This document shows positions 38,601-47,427 of a stretch of 64,000 nucleotides of DNA, piece by piece. The DNA lies in the NCBI GenBank assembly GCA_964392435.1, contig CAYMOY010000002.1, forward strand, positions 116,479 to 180,478, in the 5' to 3' direction. The stretch's first letter is position 1, and every line of letters begins with the position of its first letter. The position numbers and the translations under genes were made by a program. The stretch comes from Candidatus Micrarchaeota archaeon (GTDB lineage Archaea > Micrarchaeota > Micrarchaeia > Anstonellales > Anstonellaceae). The notes below the pieces were generated by a model. The model searched no databases, was not told where the DNA came from, and saw nothing but the letters and a program-made list of their open reading frames with translations.

Positions 38601-39344
38601 ATGGCTATTGATTTTCATATTACCGCAAAGCCCAAGCTCAAAAAGCCAGTCCTGGTGGAAGGCTTTCCCGGCCTTGGCCTGGTGGGCACTATTTCGGCAA
38701 GCTACCTTGTTGAAAAGCTGAAGATGGAGCCGCTGGGCTACATTACAGGTGACCAGTTCCCACCGCTTGCCGCGGTGCACAACAGGCGCCCGCTTTATCC
38801 TGCGCGCATGTATTACTCCATCCGCCACGACCTGATAGTTTTCATATCTGAATTCGTGATTCCGATAGCTGCGGTGAACGAGCTTGCGGACAAAATCCAC
38901 GATTTTGCGAAAAAGAACCGGGTGAGCAGGATAATCTCCTTGGGCGGAATCACGATAAAAGGCGAGCAGGACGAGGTTTTTGCAATCGCATCCCTTCCGG
39001 AGCTTATCCCTGCGCTTGAGAGGCTGCCTAGCGTAAAGATGATAAAGGAGGGCGCCACCACGGGAGTTACCGGGGTGCTTCTGGCAAGGGGCGCGGTGGA
39101 GAACTATCCGGTGATTTCCCTTCTTGCAGAGTCGCAGGAAGGCTACATGGACCCAAAAGCGGCTGCCATGGTCTTAGAAGTGCTAAAGGCGATGCTCAAG
39201 TTCGACATTGACACCAAGACGCTGGAAAACGAGGCGAAGGCGATTGACACCAAGGTGAAAGATGTCATGAGCAAGGCAAAAACAGCGCACAGCGATTACA
39301 AAAAGGTGCAGGACGGCGCAAGCCTCGGCCCCATGTACGGCTAG
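38601..39344 (+). CDS. PAC2-family proteasome-assembly chaperone (PbaA/PbaB-like)
   Basis: MAIDFHITAKPKLKKPVLVEGFPGLGLVGTISASYLV matches the PAC2 N-terminal signature. Confidence 0.6.
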   Translation: MAIDFHITAKPKLKKPVLVEGFPGLGLVGTISASYLVEKLKMEPLGYITGDQFPPLAAVHNRRPLYPARMYYSIRHDLIVFISEFVIPIAAVNELADKIHDFAKKNRVSRIISLGGITIKGEQDEVFAIASLPELIPALERLPSVKMIKEGATTGVTGVLLARGAVENYPVISLLAESQEGYMDPKAAAMVLEVLKAMLKFDIDTKTLENEAKAIDTKVKDVMSKAKTAHSDYKKVQDGASLGPMYG

Positions 39345-39416
39345 CTGACAATCGGCGGGTAGGAACCGTTTTAATAGCCATTTGCCCAAGCGCAATTACC
39401 GACTCTTAGAGGTGTT

Positions 39417-40031
39417 TTGATGGAAGAATACAGGCTGCCTGATTTGCCTTATGCATACGACGCGCTGGAGCCCTATATTGACGAGGCCACCATGAGGCTG
39501 CACCACGACAAGCACCACAAGACATATGTGGACAAGTTCAACGCCGCCCTTGCAACAGTGCCGGAGTTCCGCGCAAAGGTGGCAAGCGCCGAAGATGCGC
39601 TGCGCGACCTTTCCGCCGTGCCTGAAAGCATCAGGGGCGCGGTGCGAAATCATGGGGGAGGGGCAGTGAACCATTCGTTTTTCTGGAGCGGCATGACAAG
39701 CGAAAGGCAGTCTCCAAGCGGAAAGCTTGCCGAGGCGCTTTCCAGGAAATTCGGAAGCGTAGACAAGTTCGAGGAGGCGTTCTCCGCTGCCGCGGCAGGC
39801 GTGTTCGGCAGCGGCTGGTGCTGGCTTGTCCTGAACGGAAGAGAGATGGAAATAATGACCACTCAAAACCAGGACAGCCCGCTCTCTGTTGGCAAGATGC
39901 CGCTCCTCACCTTGGATGTTTGGGAACACGCATATTATAAAAAATATGGCCCAGCCAGGGTTGAATACATCAAGAACTGGTGGAATATAGTAAATTGGCA
40001 GAAAGTCGAGGAGAATTATAAGCTACGCTAA
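39417..40031 (+). CDS. sod: Fe/Mn superoxide dismutase
   Basis: LPDLPYAYDALEPYIDEATMRLHHDKHHKTYV ... DVWEHAYY. Confidence 0.85.
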   Translation: MMEEYRLPDLPYAYDALEPYIDEATMRLHHDKHHKTYVDKFNAALATVPEFRAKVASAEDALRDLSAVPESIRGAVRNHGGGAVNHSFFWSGMTSERQSPSGKLAEALSRKFGSVDKFEEAFSAAAAGVFGSGWCWLVLNGREMEIMTTQNQDSPLSVGKMPLLTLDVWEHAYYKKYGPARVEYIKNWWNIVNWQKVEENYKLR

Positions 40032-40847
40032 AGAAGTAGCCGCATTCAAACTAAGCCAGTTTTTCAGATATATAATTTTTTCCTCTTTTAATTTCGTAGT
40101 GCTGATATTTTCAAAGAATCTTTTTATGCATTCTTTTTTATAGACCCTCAGATGGTAAGCTCTTTTTCGATTATCGTCTTTTGGTTCCTGAATGGAATAA
40201 GCTGATATTATGCTCGCTTCATTCAGTATTTTTCTTATGGATTCTAGAAAACCATAGTTCGTATTGGTGATGTCTAGGCATATCTTCGGAGTCCTTCTTA
40301 CTTTCTCTTTTATGATTTTGACACAGCCTTCTGCATCAAAAAAACCTTCAACGAACAACAATTTTGAACGCATGTCTGTTTGTGCCAATAAATTTTCCAA
40401 ATAAACAGAATTCTCTCGCGCCTTTTTGAAAAATGAGTAAAGTTCAAAATTGTTTGACCTAACAAACCACACATTTTTACTTCGAATGATGTATGGTTTA
40501 TCTACTTTGGAAATGCATGAAGCCAGCATCTTAGAATATTTTTTTGTGAATATTCTGTCCCCCACAAGAATAACGTAATTCCTAGTTATTTTCCAATTAT
40601 AGATGCAGCCGTCGCCTAGTAAAGCGCCAAGCACATAGAAAAGCTCTGGTTTTATCATGATTTTTCCTTTGCGCCCGTTGGGTAGGTAATCTCCCTTATA
40701 CCAACAATAAATAGTCCCTCTCGGCAAGGAAAATTTATTATGGACGATATTAACGATATCTCTTCGGGGGACGTTTTCTGCTTTGAGCTTTTCGAAAAGA
40801 GCAAATGCCCGAAGCCTAACTGTGTGATTTGTCCGTATGCCCACCAT
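40023..40847 (-). CDS. LAGLIDADG homing endonuclease (double-motif), AT-rich foreign gene
   Basis: LGALLGDGCIY (motif 1) and FVEGFFDAEGCV (motif 2). Local GC visibly ~35% vs ~58% surroundings. In frame with, and 15 nt downstream of, the truncated integrase ORF. Confidence 0.75.
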   Translation of the reverse strand: MVGIRTNHTVRLRAFALFEKLKAENVPRRDIVNIVHNKFSLPRGTIYCWYKGDYLPNGRKGKIMIKPELFYVLGALLGDGCIYNWKITRNYVILVGDRIFTKKYSKMLASCISKVDKPYIIRSKNVWFVRSNNFELYSFFKKARENSVYLENLLAQTDMRSKLLFVEGFFDAEGCVKIIKEKVRRTPKICLDITNTNYGFLESIRKILNEASIISAYSIQEPKDDNRKRAYHLRVYKKECIKRFFENISTTKLKEEKIIYLKNWLSLNAATSLA

Positions 40848-40862
40848 GTAGATAACTGAATT

Positions 40863-41444
40863 TCAGCTCTTTATATGCCATCTTTGAGTAGGATGCCAGT
40901 GGAACTTGAGCTTGAGGTATAGCAATTCACCTATTCTGCAGCCTGACTCGTATAATGCCAAAATAAGCGCCTTGTCGCGCGGATTAGTGGTCGAGTTGGC
41001 GAGCTTTTGGGCTTCCTCAACGGTCAGCAATTCCTCGGGTAGCTCGTGCTTCTCGTTTTTCAACCTTGGCTTGAGCCACTTTATCACGGCTGGAAATTCC
41101 TCATCCTTTCCGAAAAGCCATTTGTAGAACATCTTGAGCACGATTTTGAAATCGTAGCGTGTGTATTCGGCATAGTTTTTGGAGTCAATGTCGGTAACCA
41201 GCCGAATGAGGTCTGTCTTTGTCGCCTTTGAAAAATCCTTGTTGAGCCACTGCGCAAGCAAGCAGACACAATACATGCACTTGACAACGCGGAGCTTGCC
41301 AGAGCCTTTCGCCAGTCTCATCAGTGCGAAGTTTTCAATCTGTGTTTTGGCTTTCGTAGGCAAGGCGGAGGCCTTCAATATTCCAAGCGCCTTCTCAAAG
41401 TCAGTTTGAGATTTATACATAACGTAATCGTTCATAGGGGTCAC
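40863..41444 (-). pseudogene. truncated tyrosine-integrase paralog (N-terminal ~180 aa only)
   Basis: First ~180 aa nearly identical to the intact integrase at 52748..53956. Diverges after LYLKLK into FHWHPTQRWHIKS-stop; catalytic R/H-x-x-R/Y domain missing. Confidence 0.7.
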
Positions 41445-41547
41445 CTGTGAGCCCCCTGTCCTGCTCTAAGTAGTATTTATATTTAGGCGAGACACACAAC
41501 GGAGGCAGACTCAGGTGTATGTCTAAGGCTAGCAGTAAGACTAGTGC

Positions 41548-41569
41548 ATCATACAAGGTGCAGGGGGAG
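41548..41569 (+). repeat. att-core-like direct repeat of tRNA-Leu 3' end (atcatacaaggtgcagggggag)
   Basis: 20/22 identity to 54084..54105 (atcatgcaagatgcagggggag), which spans the tRNA-Leu 3' terminal 11 nt plus 11 nt of 3' flank. Followed leftward by ~100 bp homologous to the integrase upstream arm. Confidence 0.6.
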
Positions 41570-41616
41570 CAACACAAGGATGATGCTAGAGGCTGAAGGA
41601 TGGAAAAAAGAAAAAA

Positions 41617-42223
41617 TCAAGCTTTTTTGTCCTTCCTCAGGCACATGAACCAGTCAAGGCAGTATTTCCCCTCCTCCTTCTTTTCCATTCTTTCCTTTGC
41701 AACTCCGCACGAGCCAGGGGTGGGGATTATGACGTCGTCGCCAGGATACCAGTTGGCAGGCGTTGCTATCCCTTCGCTGTCAGATTTCTGCATGGCTACG
41801 AGCAGGCGCTTGATTTCCTCCATGTTCCTTCCGTTGGAAAGTGGGTAGTAAAGTATTGCCCTTACCTTGGCTTTCGCATCAATTATGAAAACCGCCCTCA
41901 CTGCCTGCGTGTTTGAGGCATTGGGCTGCACCATGCCAAACTTTTTTGCGACCTCCATCCTTATGCCCTCAATCAGAGGGAACTTGACCTCGACATTCTT
42001 CATTCCCTTGTACTCGATCTTTTCCTTGATTGTCCTAAGCCACGCGATGTGTGCATATATGCTGTCAATCGACAGCCCGATGAGCTCGCAGTTAAGGCTC
42101 CGCAAATCATCCTGCATGGATGCAAAGGTCATGAACTCGGTTGTGCAGACCGGTGTAAAGTCTGCCGGGTGGCTGAAGAGTATTACCCATTTGCCGGTGT
42201 AGTCTTCCGGGAATTTAAGAATG
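41617..42223 (-). pseudogene. peroxiredoxin (1-Cys/Prx6-like archaeal Prx), C-terminal part, split by IS insertion
   Basis: Reading upstream of the track ORF in frame gives ...[44 protein letters not shown]... (peroxidatic-Cys region). N-terminal 20 codons lie at 42900..42958 on the other side of the IS. Confidence 0.7.
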
Positions 42224-42899
42224 TTGCCTAGTGCTCGCTAAATCCAGCGGGCGTAGCCCGCGAACCCGCCTTCAGGCGGGGGATACAGCGAGCACATTCT
42301 TCTTTTTGACCTGAAAAATAAGTTCCAATAGCGGCGCGGCGGCGCTTTCGCGCCGCCCATGTTTGGCCGACTATTGGAGTTGTAGACTATGACCAGCGAA
42401 AGCTTTGTGAGAAGACAGCACAGCGTAGGAATAAATGCCTTTCACTTTGAGTGGTGCCCAAAGTACAGGTACAAGGTGCTTGGGGGTAACTGGCTGAGGC
42501 GTATTCTGACTGAAAGTCTTTGCCAGACTGCCAAAAAATACGGCATTCAGATTTTTGCAATGGAAATCGCCCTTGACCACCTGCACATGTTCGTAAACCT
42601 GCCTGGCTTGCTTGGTCCAAGCCAAGCAATCAATCTCTTCAAGGGCAGGAGCGCCAAGGCAATATTCGAAAACTGCCCATCATTCAGGAAAACCTATAGG
42701 GCTGGGCACTTCTGGAGTCGTGGCAGTTTCTACAGGTCAGTTAGCAACGTCGGGGCTGACACGATTTACAGGTACATAACAGAACACAGAAGCAAGGAGA
42801 TTACAGAATCAGTTGTTGCGGTGGAAAAGGAGTTTGGGCAGATGAATCTGGTGTCCTTCATGTAGTCGAAAACTGCCCCCTTCAGGGGGCAGATATTTA
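42224..42899 (+). mobile_element. IS200/IS605-family insertion sequence (tnpA only) inserted in the peroxiredoxin gene
   Basis: Carries Y1/HUH transposase; subterminal hairpins cccgcc-ttca-ggcggg (left) and ctgccccc-ttca-gggggcag (right). Joining the flanks restores ...[14 protein letters not shown].... No target duplication evident, as expected for this family. Boundaries +/- 2 nt. Confidence 0.7.
42389..42865 (+). CDS. tnpA: IS200-like transposase TnpA (HUH Y1)
   Basis: LDHLHMFVNL (HuH), conserved Y in C-terminal SFYRSV/YRYI region, ~158 aa typical of IS200 TnpA. Confidence 0.75.
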   Translation: MTSESFVRRQHSVGINAFHFEWCPKYRYKVLGGNWLRRILTESLCQTAKKYGIQIFAMEIALDHLHMFVNLPGLLGPSQAINLFKGRSAKAIFENCPSFRKTYRAGHFWSRGSFYRSVSNVGADTIYRYITEHRSKEITESVVAVEKEFGQMNLVSFM

Positions 42900-42958
42900 T
42901 TCTCGCCCATCGTGGTTTTGGCTGTGAAGCGTGGGGCATCGTCCCCTATCAGCGGCAT
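42900..42958 (-). pseudogene. peroxiredoxin N-terminal fragment (MPLIGDDAPRFTAKTTMGEN)
   Basis: Manual translation. Continues as read-through into the IS hairpin in track ORF 42809..42997. Confidence 0.6.
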
Positions 42959-43054
42959 GCTCGATTGCTTGTTTGCAGGTTCGTCCATCCATCTCACCTC
43001 GCAAAAGGTTGCTGCATGAACATATAAAAATGTTTATGAATAATAATTCAAAAC

Positions 43055-43420
43055 ATGCCAAGGCCTGAAAAGACGAGAAGGATTTGCTGCGAGCCCGGGG
43101 TAAGCTACTTCAAACCGCGGGGAGTCCCTATGGGCGAGCTTGAGGAAATCGGGCTAGGGCTCGACGAGTTCGAGGCTCTTCGTATGCTGGATTTTGCAGA
43201 GCTCGGGCAAGAAGAGGTTGCGAAGAAAATGAACGTCTCCCAGCCCACGCTCTCGCGAATCATCGCATCCGCACGGAAGAAGGTTGCAGAGGCGATCTGC
43301 GGGGGCAAGGCAATACGCATAGAGGGGGGCATATATTCCGTAGCCGGCCCAGGCATGCACCGTTTTTGCGGGTGCCATGGAAGGCACGGCAAACTGAGGC
43401 CCGACACATTACGGAGATGA
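43055..43420 (+). CDS. DUF134/UPF0251-family predicted DNA-binding protein
   Basis: MPRPEKTRRICCEPGVSYFKP...LDEFEALRMLDFAELGQEEVAKKMNVSQPTLSRIIASARKKVAEAI: sigma-70 region-4-like HTH typical of DUF134. Confidence 0.55.
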   Translation: MPRPEKTRRICCEPGVSYFKPRGVPMGELEEIGLGLDEFEALRMLDFAELGQEEVAKKMNVSQPTLSRIIASARKKVAEAICGGKAIRIEGGIYSVAGPGMHRFCGCHGRHGKLRPDTLRR

Positions 43421-43426
43421 TGCAGG

Positions 43427-43828
43427 ATGGAAAACCAGGGACTCTGCCATTTGCACCTGACCATTAACGCCAAGGTGGCGCTGGAAGGGAGGGAGCTTAC
43501 GAAGGAGCGCTGTGAGCGTTTTGTGAAGAAGCTCTTGAAAGTTGCGGACATGAAGCCGCTTTGCGCCCTTTGCTATGCCGATGCACTTGACAAGGGCAAC
43601 CCCGGGCAGAGCTTTGTCCAGATGATAACCACCAGCCACTGCTCGCTCCATTATTTCTCGAAGAGCGGCGAGATTTACTTCGATCTTTATTCATGCAAGA
43701 AATTCGACCCTCAAAAAATCGTTTCCCTGATCCACCGCGAATTCAGGACAAGGGAAAGCACCGTCTCTGTGACCGAGCGAGTCTCCTGCGGCGGCGGCAA
43801 GTCGATGATGTTCCAGAATCTTCATTAA
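43427..43828 (+). CDS. pyruvoyl-dependent decarboxylase proenzyme, SpeH/AdoMetDC-like (small archaeal type)
   Basis: GLCHLHLTINA start and MITTSHCSLHYFSKSGEIYFDLYSCKKF, matching the ESH-x-IHTWPE...D-x-F-x-CG processing-site pattern. Confidence 0.5.
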   Translation: MENQGLCHLHLTINAKVALEGRELTKERCERFVKKLLKVADMKPLCALCYADALDKGNPGQSFVQMITTSHCSLHYFSKSGEIYFDLYSCKKFDPQKIVSLIHREFRTRESTVSVTERVSCGGGKSMMFQNLH

Positions 43829-43837
43829 GGTGGCAAA

Positions 43838-44950
43838 ATGTCTGCGGGCAAACTCACTTTAGCTGTGTTGTTGCTTTTCCTTGCAGAGGCGGCATTCGCA
43901 GCGGGCAATGCAAGCAGCGGCGCCTGCGCATATTTCTTCTATGGGACGGGCTGCCCCCACTGTGCAAAAGTCGAGCCTTACCTCAACTCGATGGAGGGCA
44001 ACGGCAGTCAGATTCTTAAGTTCGAAGTCTACTCCAACCGCACCAACCTGGCGCTGCTTAACTCGTTTTTTGAGGCATACGGCGTGCCCGTCGAAAGCAG
44101 GGGTGTGCCCGCAGCATTCCTGCCGGACACCTACCTGGTAGGGGACGAAGAGATAATCGGCAAGCTCCCCGCCGCTCTTGCCGCCTCCAAGGGGGAGGGC
44201 TGCCCGTCAACCAACATCACATCCTGCGTTCCAGGCTCGGCAGGCGACTCCTCCCCTGTGGAAAAGCTTGGCGAGCTTTCGCTCATAACAATAGTGAGCG
44301 CCGCGCTTGTGGATTCCATAAACCCCTGCGCAATCGCCGTGCTCATAATACTGATGGGCGCGCTTCTTTCGACCGGTGACAGGCACCGCGCGCTTTTCGC
44401 AGGAATCGCCTTCACGCTTGCGGTCTACATTGCATATTTCCTCCTTGGGCTCGGGCTTTTCTCGGCAATACAGATGAGCGGGCTTGCCTATTTTGTCTAC
44501 AAAGCAGTAGGCGTGCTTGCCATACTCATAGGGCTTGCCAACCTCAAGGACTATTTCTGGTACGGGGGCGGGGGGTTTGTAATGGAAATCCCACGCTCAT
44601 GGCGCCCCGCGCTCAAGGGCATGCTCAACAAGGCGACTTCACCTCTTGGCGCGTTTGCAATGGGCTTCGTTGTCTGCCTTTTCGAGCTTCCCTGCACAGG
44701 AGGGCCTTATTTCTTCATACTTGGGCTGCTTGCCGAAAAGTCAACCTGGCTTGCCGCAGTGCCTGTTCTCCTGATATACAACATCTTTTTCGTGGTTCCG
44801 CTCGTGGCGATAACGCTTCTGATATACTTCGGGCTTACAAATGTCGAAAAGGCGGACAAGTGGAAGGAGCGCAACCTGCGGCTGCTGCACCTCGTGGCGG
44901 GAATAGTGATGACCGCGCTCGGGCTCCTTGTCGTGCTCGGCATAGTCTAG
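43838..44950 (+). CDS. thioredoxin-fold (CPHC) domain fused to CcdA/DsbD-like transmembrane thiol-disulfide transporter
   Basis: Signal/anchor, then YFFYGTGCPHCAKVEPYL; membrane domain with Cys-containing TM motifs SINPCAIAV and ELPCTGGPYFF. Confidence 0.5.
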   Translation: MSAGKLTLAVLLLFLAEAAFAAGNASSGACAYFFYGTGCPHCAKVEPYLNSMEGNGSQILKFEVYSNRTNLALLNSFFEAYGVPVESRGVPAAFLPDTYLVGDEEIIGKLPAALAASKGEGCPSTNITSCVPGSAGDSSPVEKLGELSLITIVSAALVDSINPCAIAVLIILMGALLSTGDRHRALFAGIAFTLAVYIAYFLLGLGLFSAIQMSGLAYFVYKAVGVLAILIGLANLKDYFWYGGGGFVMEIPRSWRPALKGMLNKATSPLGAFAMGFVVCLFELPCTGGPYFFILGLLAEKSTWLAAVPVLLIYNIFFVVPLVAITLLIYFGLTNVEKADKWKERNLRLLHLVAGIVMTALGLLVVLGIV

Positions 44951-45547
44951 GTGCATGGCATGATGGAAAACAAGAAGGCTGAGCTCCTGAACAGCAAGGC
45001 TGCGCGCGAGGAGAGCAAGGCAGGCGAGGTGGTTGCGGCTCTGCGCCTCAAGAAAGGCATGCGCGCAGCCGACATAGGCTCGGGCGGAGGCTACTTCTCC
45101 TTCCTGCTTGCCGAAGCAGTGGGGTCGAATGGCAAGGTGTACATGGTTGACACCAACCAAGAGCATCTTGATTTTTCAATGGCGCTGGCAAAAGAAAGGG
45201 GAATAAAAAACGTTGAGCCTGTCCTTGCAAGTGGAGGGATTCCCAACCTTCCGGAGCATAAGATTGACCTGATTTTCATGAGGAGCGTGTGCCACCACAT
45301 TAAAAACAGGGCGGATTATTTTTCGGCGCTAAAGCGCTTACTAGCGCTTGGAGGCAGGGTGGCGCTCATCGATTATTCCCGGGGCCCGTTCCTGCGCTTC
45401 CGCTGGCTTTTCGGGCACTATGTGGAAAGGGATGTGATAAGGAAGGAAATGCTCAAGGCAGGCTTCCATCTTGACGAAAGCTTCGATTTCATTGCACGGC
45501 AGTGGTTCATGGTCTTTTCGCCCTTGCCCTCCCAAGAATCGCGCTGA
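44951..45547 (+). CDS. class I SAM-dependent methyltransferase
   Basis: ADIGSGGGYFSFLLAEAV (motif I). Confidence 0.55.
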   Translation: MHGMMENKKAELLNSKAAREESKAGEVVAALRLKKGMRAADIGSGGGYFSFLLAEAVGSNGKVYMVDTNQEHLDFSMALAKERGIKNVEPVLASGGIPNLPEHKIDLIFMRSVCHHIKNRADYFSALKRLLALGGRVALIDYSRGPFLRFRWLFGHYVERDVIRKEMLKAGFHLDESFDFIARQWFMVFSPLPSQESR

Positions 45548-46379
45548 ATCTGGAAAGGTACGCCATGCTTCGCAGCGCAATTGGGCGGGAGTCTATGGTG
45601 GCGCGCAGGATTTCCCTGCTGAACGGAAGTTCGCCGATTATTTCCAGCCTTCGCCTTTTTGCGAACGACCTTATCCTGCCAGCCATCTTTTTGGAAAGCG
45701 TGCTCTTGTTCAGCACGATTCCGCAGGGCACTCCGAAATGCTTTCCCAGCCTCCACGCCCTTTCAAGGTCATGGAGCGCCGCAGGGGTGGGCTCGGTGAC
45801 GGCAACCAGGCAATCAGCGCCGGATATCGAAGCTATCACCGGGCAGCCTATGCCTGCTGCGCAGTCTATTATGATGTCCTCCGCCCCCTCCTTTTCAGCC
45901 ATCTTCTGTGCAAACGCCCGGACCGCGGTCACTGCTTCGCCCGATGCCTGCTCGCCAATCTCAAGCTCGCCGGTGGCAAGAAGAATGCCGTGCGTTTTTC
46001 CCGTGCTTATGCCGCCTATTCTCTTCCTTGAAGGCGACAGCGCGCCGTTCGGGCAGGCTGCAATGCACGCGCCGCACCCTACGCAAAGCTCGGGCGTTAT
46101 TATGGGCGGGAAATCCTTTGGCGCGGCAATCGCCTTTTTCATGCACACCCTTGCGCAGGCGCCGCAGCGCCTGCATTTCTCCTCGTCAAGCTTCGGCACC
46201 ATGCCCCAGATGGTTTCAGCCTCCTTCATCCTTGCGCCAAGAAGCACATGGGAATTGGGGCATTCCACGTCGGCATCCACAAGAAGCGTTCTGCGCTGCC
46301 GCGCGCCCGCAATAGCAAGCCCGGTGGCTATGAACGTCTTGCCCGTTCCGCCCTTCCCTCCGCTCACCGCAATTTTCAT
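45507..46379 (-). CDS. MinD/ParA-superfamily P-loop ATPase with inserted double 4Fe-4S ferredoxin domain (COG1149-like)
   Basis: MKIAVSGGKGGTGKT; CRRCGACARVC and CVGCGACIAACP; start moved to MKIAV (46379). Confidence 0.65.
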   Translation of the reverse strand: MKIAVSGGKGGTGKTFIATGLAIAGARQRRTLLVDADVECPNSHVLLGARMKEAETIWGMVPKLDEEKCRRCGACARVCMKKAIAAPKDFPPIITPELCVGCGACIAACPNGALSPSRKRIGGISTGKTHGILLATGELEIGEQASGEAVTAVRAFAQKMAEKEGAEDIIIDCAAGIGCPVIASISGADCLVAVTEPTPAALHDLERAWRLGKHFGVPCGIVLNKSTLSKKMAGRIRSFAKRRRLEIIGELPFSREILRATIDSRPIALRSMAYLSRFSAILGRARAKRP

Positions 46380-46392
46380 CAAAAGCACCCGA

Positions 46393-46755
46393 TTAATGGG
46401 AATGGCTTTCGCACCCGTCGCCCTCCTTTGCTTTCCGAAGCTTCCCCTCAAGATGAAGGGCGAATGCCTCGCCCACACTAGTGCCCTTGGGCGCAAAGTA
46501 GACTTCGATTGAATGCTTTTTGCACAACTGCAGCGCCTTTGGCCCCATGCCGCAGCAGACTATGGCGCCCACACCTTTTTCAGCCAGGAGCTCAACCGGC
46601 ATCTTGTCGCCGCCAAAATGCGTGCTGGTGTTCTTTATCGAATTTTTCGCCTTTCCGCCCATCCAAAGCACCAAAAAATAAGGGCTTGGGCCGAAATGCT
46701 CAGCCACGTTCTGCTCTGTGCCGTTTTCCTTTCCAACCGGGAATGCAACCTTCAT
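46393..46755 (-). CDS. NifX/NifB-C-terminal-like (dinitrogenase FeMo-cofactor-binding fold, PF02579-like) small protein
   Basis: MKVAFPVGKENG...VAEHFGPSPYFLV...IVCCGMGPKA. Confidence 0.5.
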   Translation of the reverse strand: MKVAFPVGKENGTEQNVAEHFGPSPYFLVLWMGGKAKNSIKNTSTHFGGDKMPVELLAEKGVGAIVCCGMGPKALQLCKKHSIEVYFAPKGTSVGEAFALHLEGKLRKAKEGDGCESHSH

Positions 46756-47090
46756 CGCTTCACCTTCACTTTTTCAAGCGCCTTTTCCGCCGCGCCTGTC
46801 GCTTCCGCCATTTCAATGCCCCATTTGGAAAGCATATCAGAGGCATTTGGGCCGAATTGCCCGGCAACCACCACGCTTGCCTTTTTTTCAGCAACAAGCG
46901 AGGCTGCGGAAATTCCCGCGCCAGGCGCATCCGCAAACGGGTTGGCGATGCTTTCCAGGAGCCTTGGCTTCCCCTTGCCGGTTTCCAAGAAATTGAAGAC
47001 TGCGCATCTGCCGAAATTCGGGTGCACGCTGCAGGCAGGCCATTTTCCATCGGAGCATATGGCAACTATCCTCTTTTTTTCCCCAGCCAT
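46752..47090 (-). CDS. second NifX/NifB-like small protein
   Basis: RIVAICSDG...FGRCAVFNF...VVVAGQFGPNA; 4-nt overlap with downstream paralog. Confidence 0.5.
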   Translation of the reverse strand: MAGEKKRIVAICSDGKWPACSVHPNFGRCAVFNFLETGKGKPRLLESIANPFADAPGAGISAASLVAEKKASVVVAGQFGPNASDMLSKWGIEMAEATGAAEKALEKVKVKR

Positions 47091-47094
47091 GCAA

Positions 47095-47352
47095 TCACTT
47101 CCCCTTTTTCTCCGAAAGCAGCTTCCTTATCGCTTCGGCCTCGCTTTCGAGCGCGGCAAGCCTTGCCTCAAGCGCAGCCTTGTCGCCTTGCGCCGCCGGA
47201 GGGTATGCCATTGCGCCCCTTCTGCAGCCGCCCCTGCCCATCCCCATGCCGCGCCCTGCGCCCATGCCCCATCCCCTTCCAAACTCCCTCGGGCCCGCAG
47301 GCCCGGTCCCGTCCAAACCCGGCATAATACCACCTAATGAATATGTATTCAT
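47095..47352 (-). CDS. Gly-rich/coiled-coil small protein (DUF5320-like)
   Basis: GMGAGRGMGMGRGG then ALEARLAALESEAEAIRKLL; heads the minus-strand NifX/MinD-Fer operon. Confidence 0.4.
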   Translation of the reverse strand: MNTYSLGGIMPGLDGTGPAGPREFGRGWGMGAGRGMGMGRGGCRRGAMAYPPAAQGDKAALEARLAALESEAEAIRKLLSEKKGK

Positions 47353-47427
47353 AACTGTTTTAATACCAGCAGCCGTGGTAAGCGCTTTTTATTCATTGCC
47401 GCCCTCAAACGCAAGAAGGTCATCTAC

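Noticed and set aside
40023-41444. Possibility that the LAGLIDADG ORF is an intein within the integrase
   Set aside because: Although in the same frame as the truncated integrase, there is an intervening stop, no Cys/Ser/Thr at either splice junction and no C-terminal His-Asn. The integrase catalytic half is absent downstream. Interpreted as a free-standing HEG.
45502-47337. Long plus-strand ORFs 45502..46512, 46509..47327, 46513..47337
   Set aside because: Antisense to the translationally coupled MinD-Fer/NifX/NifX/DUF5320 operon; Pro/Ala/Ser/Arg-rich, no motifs.
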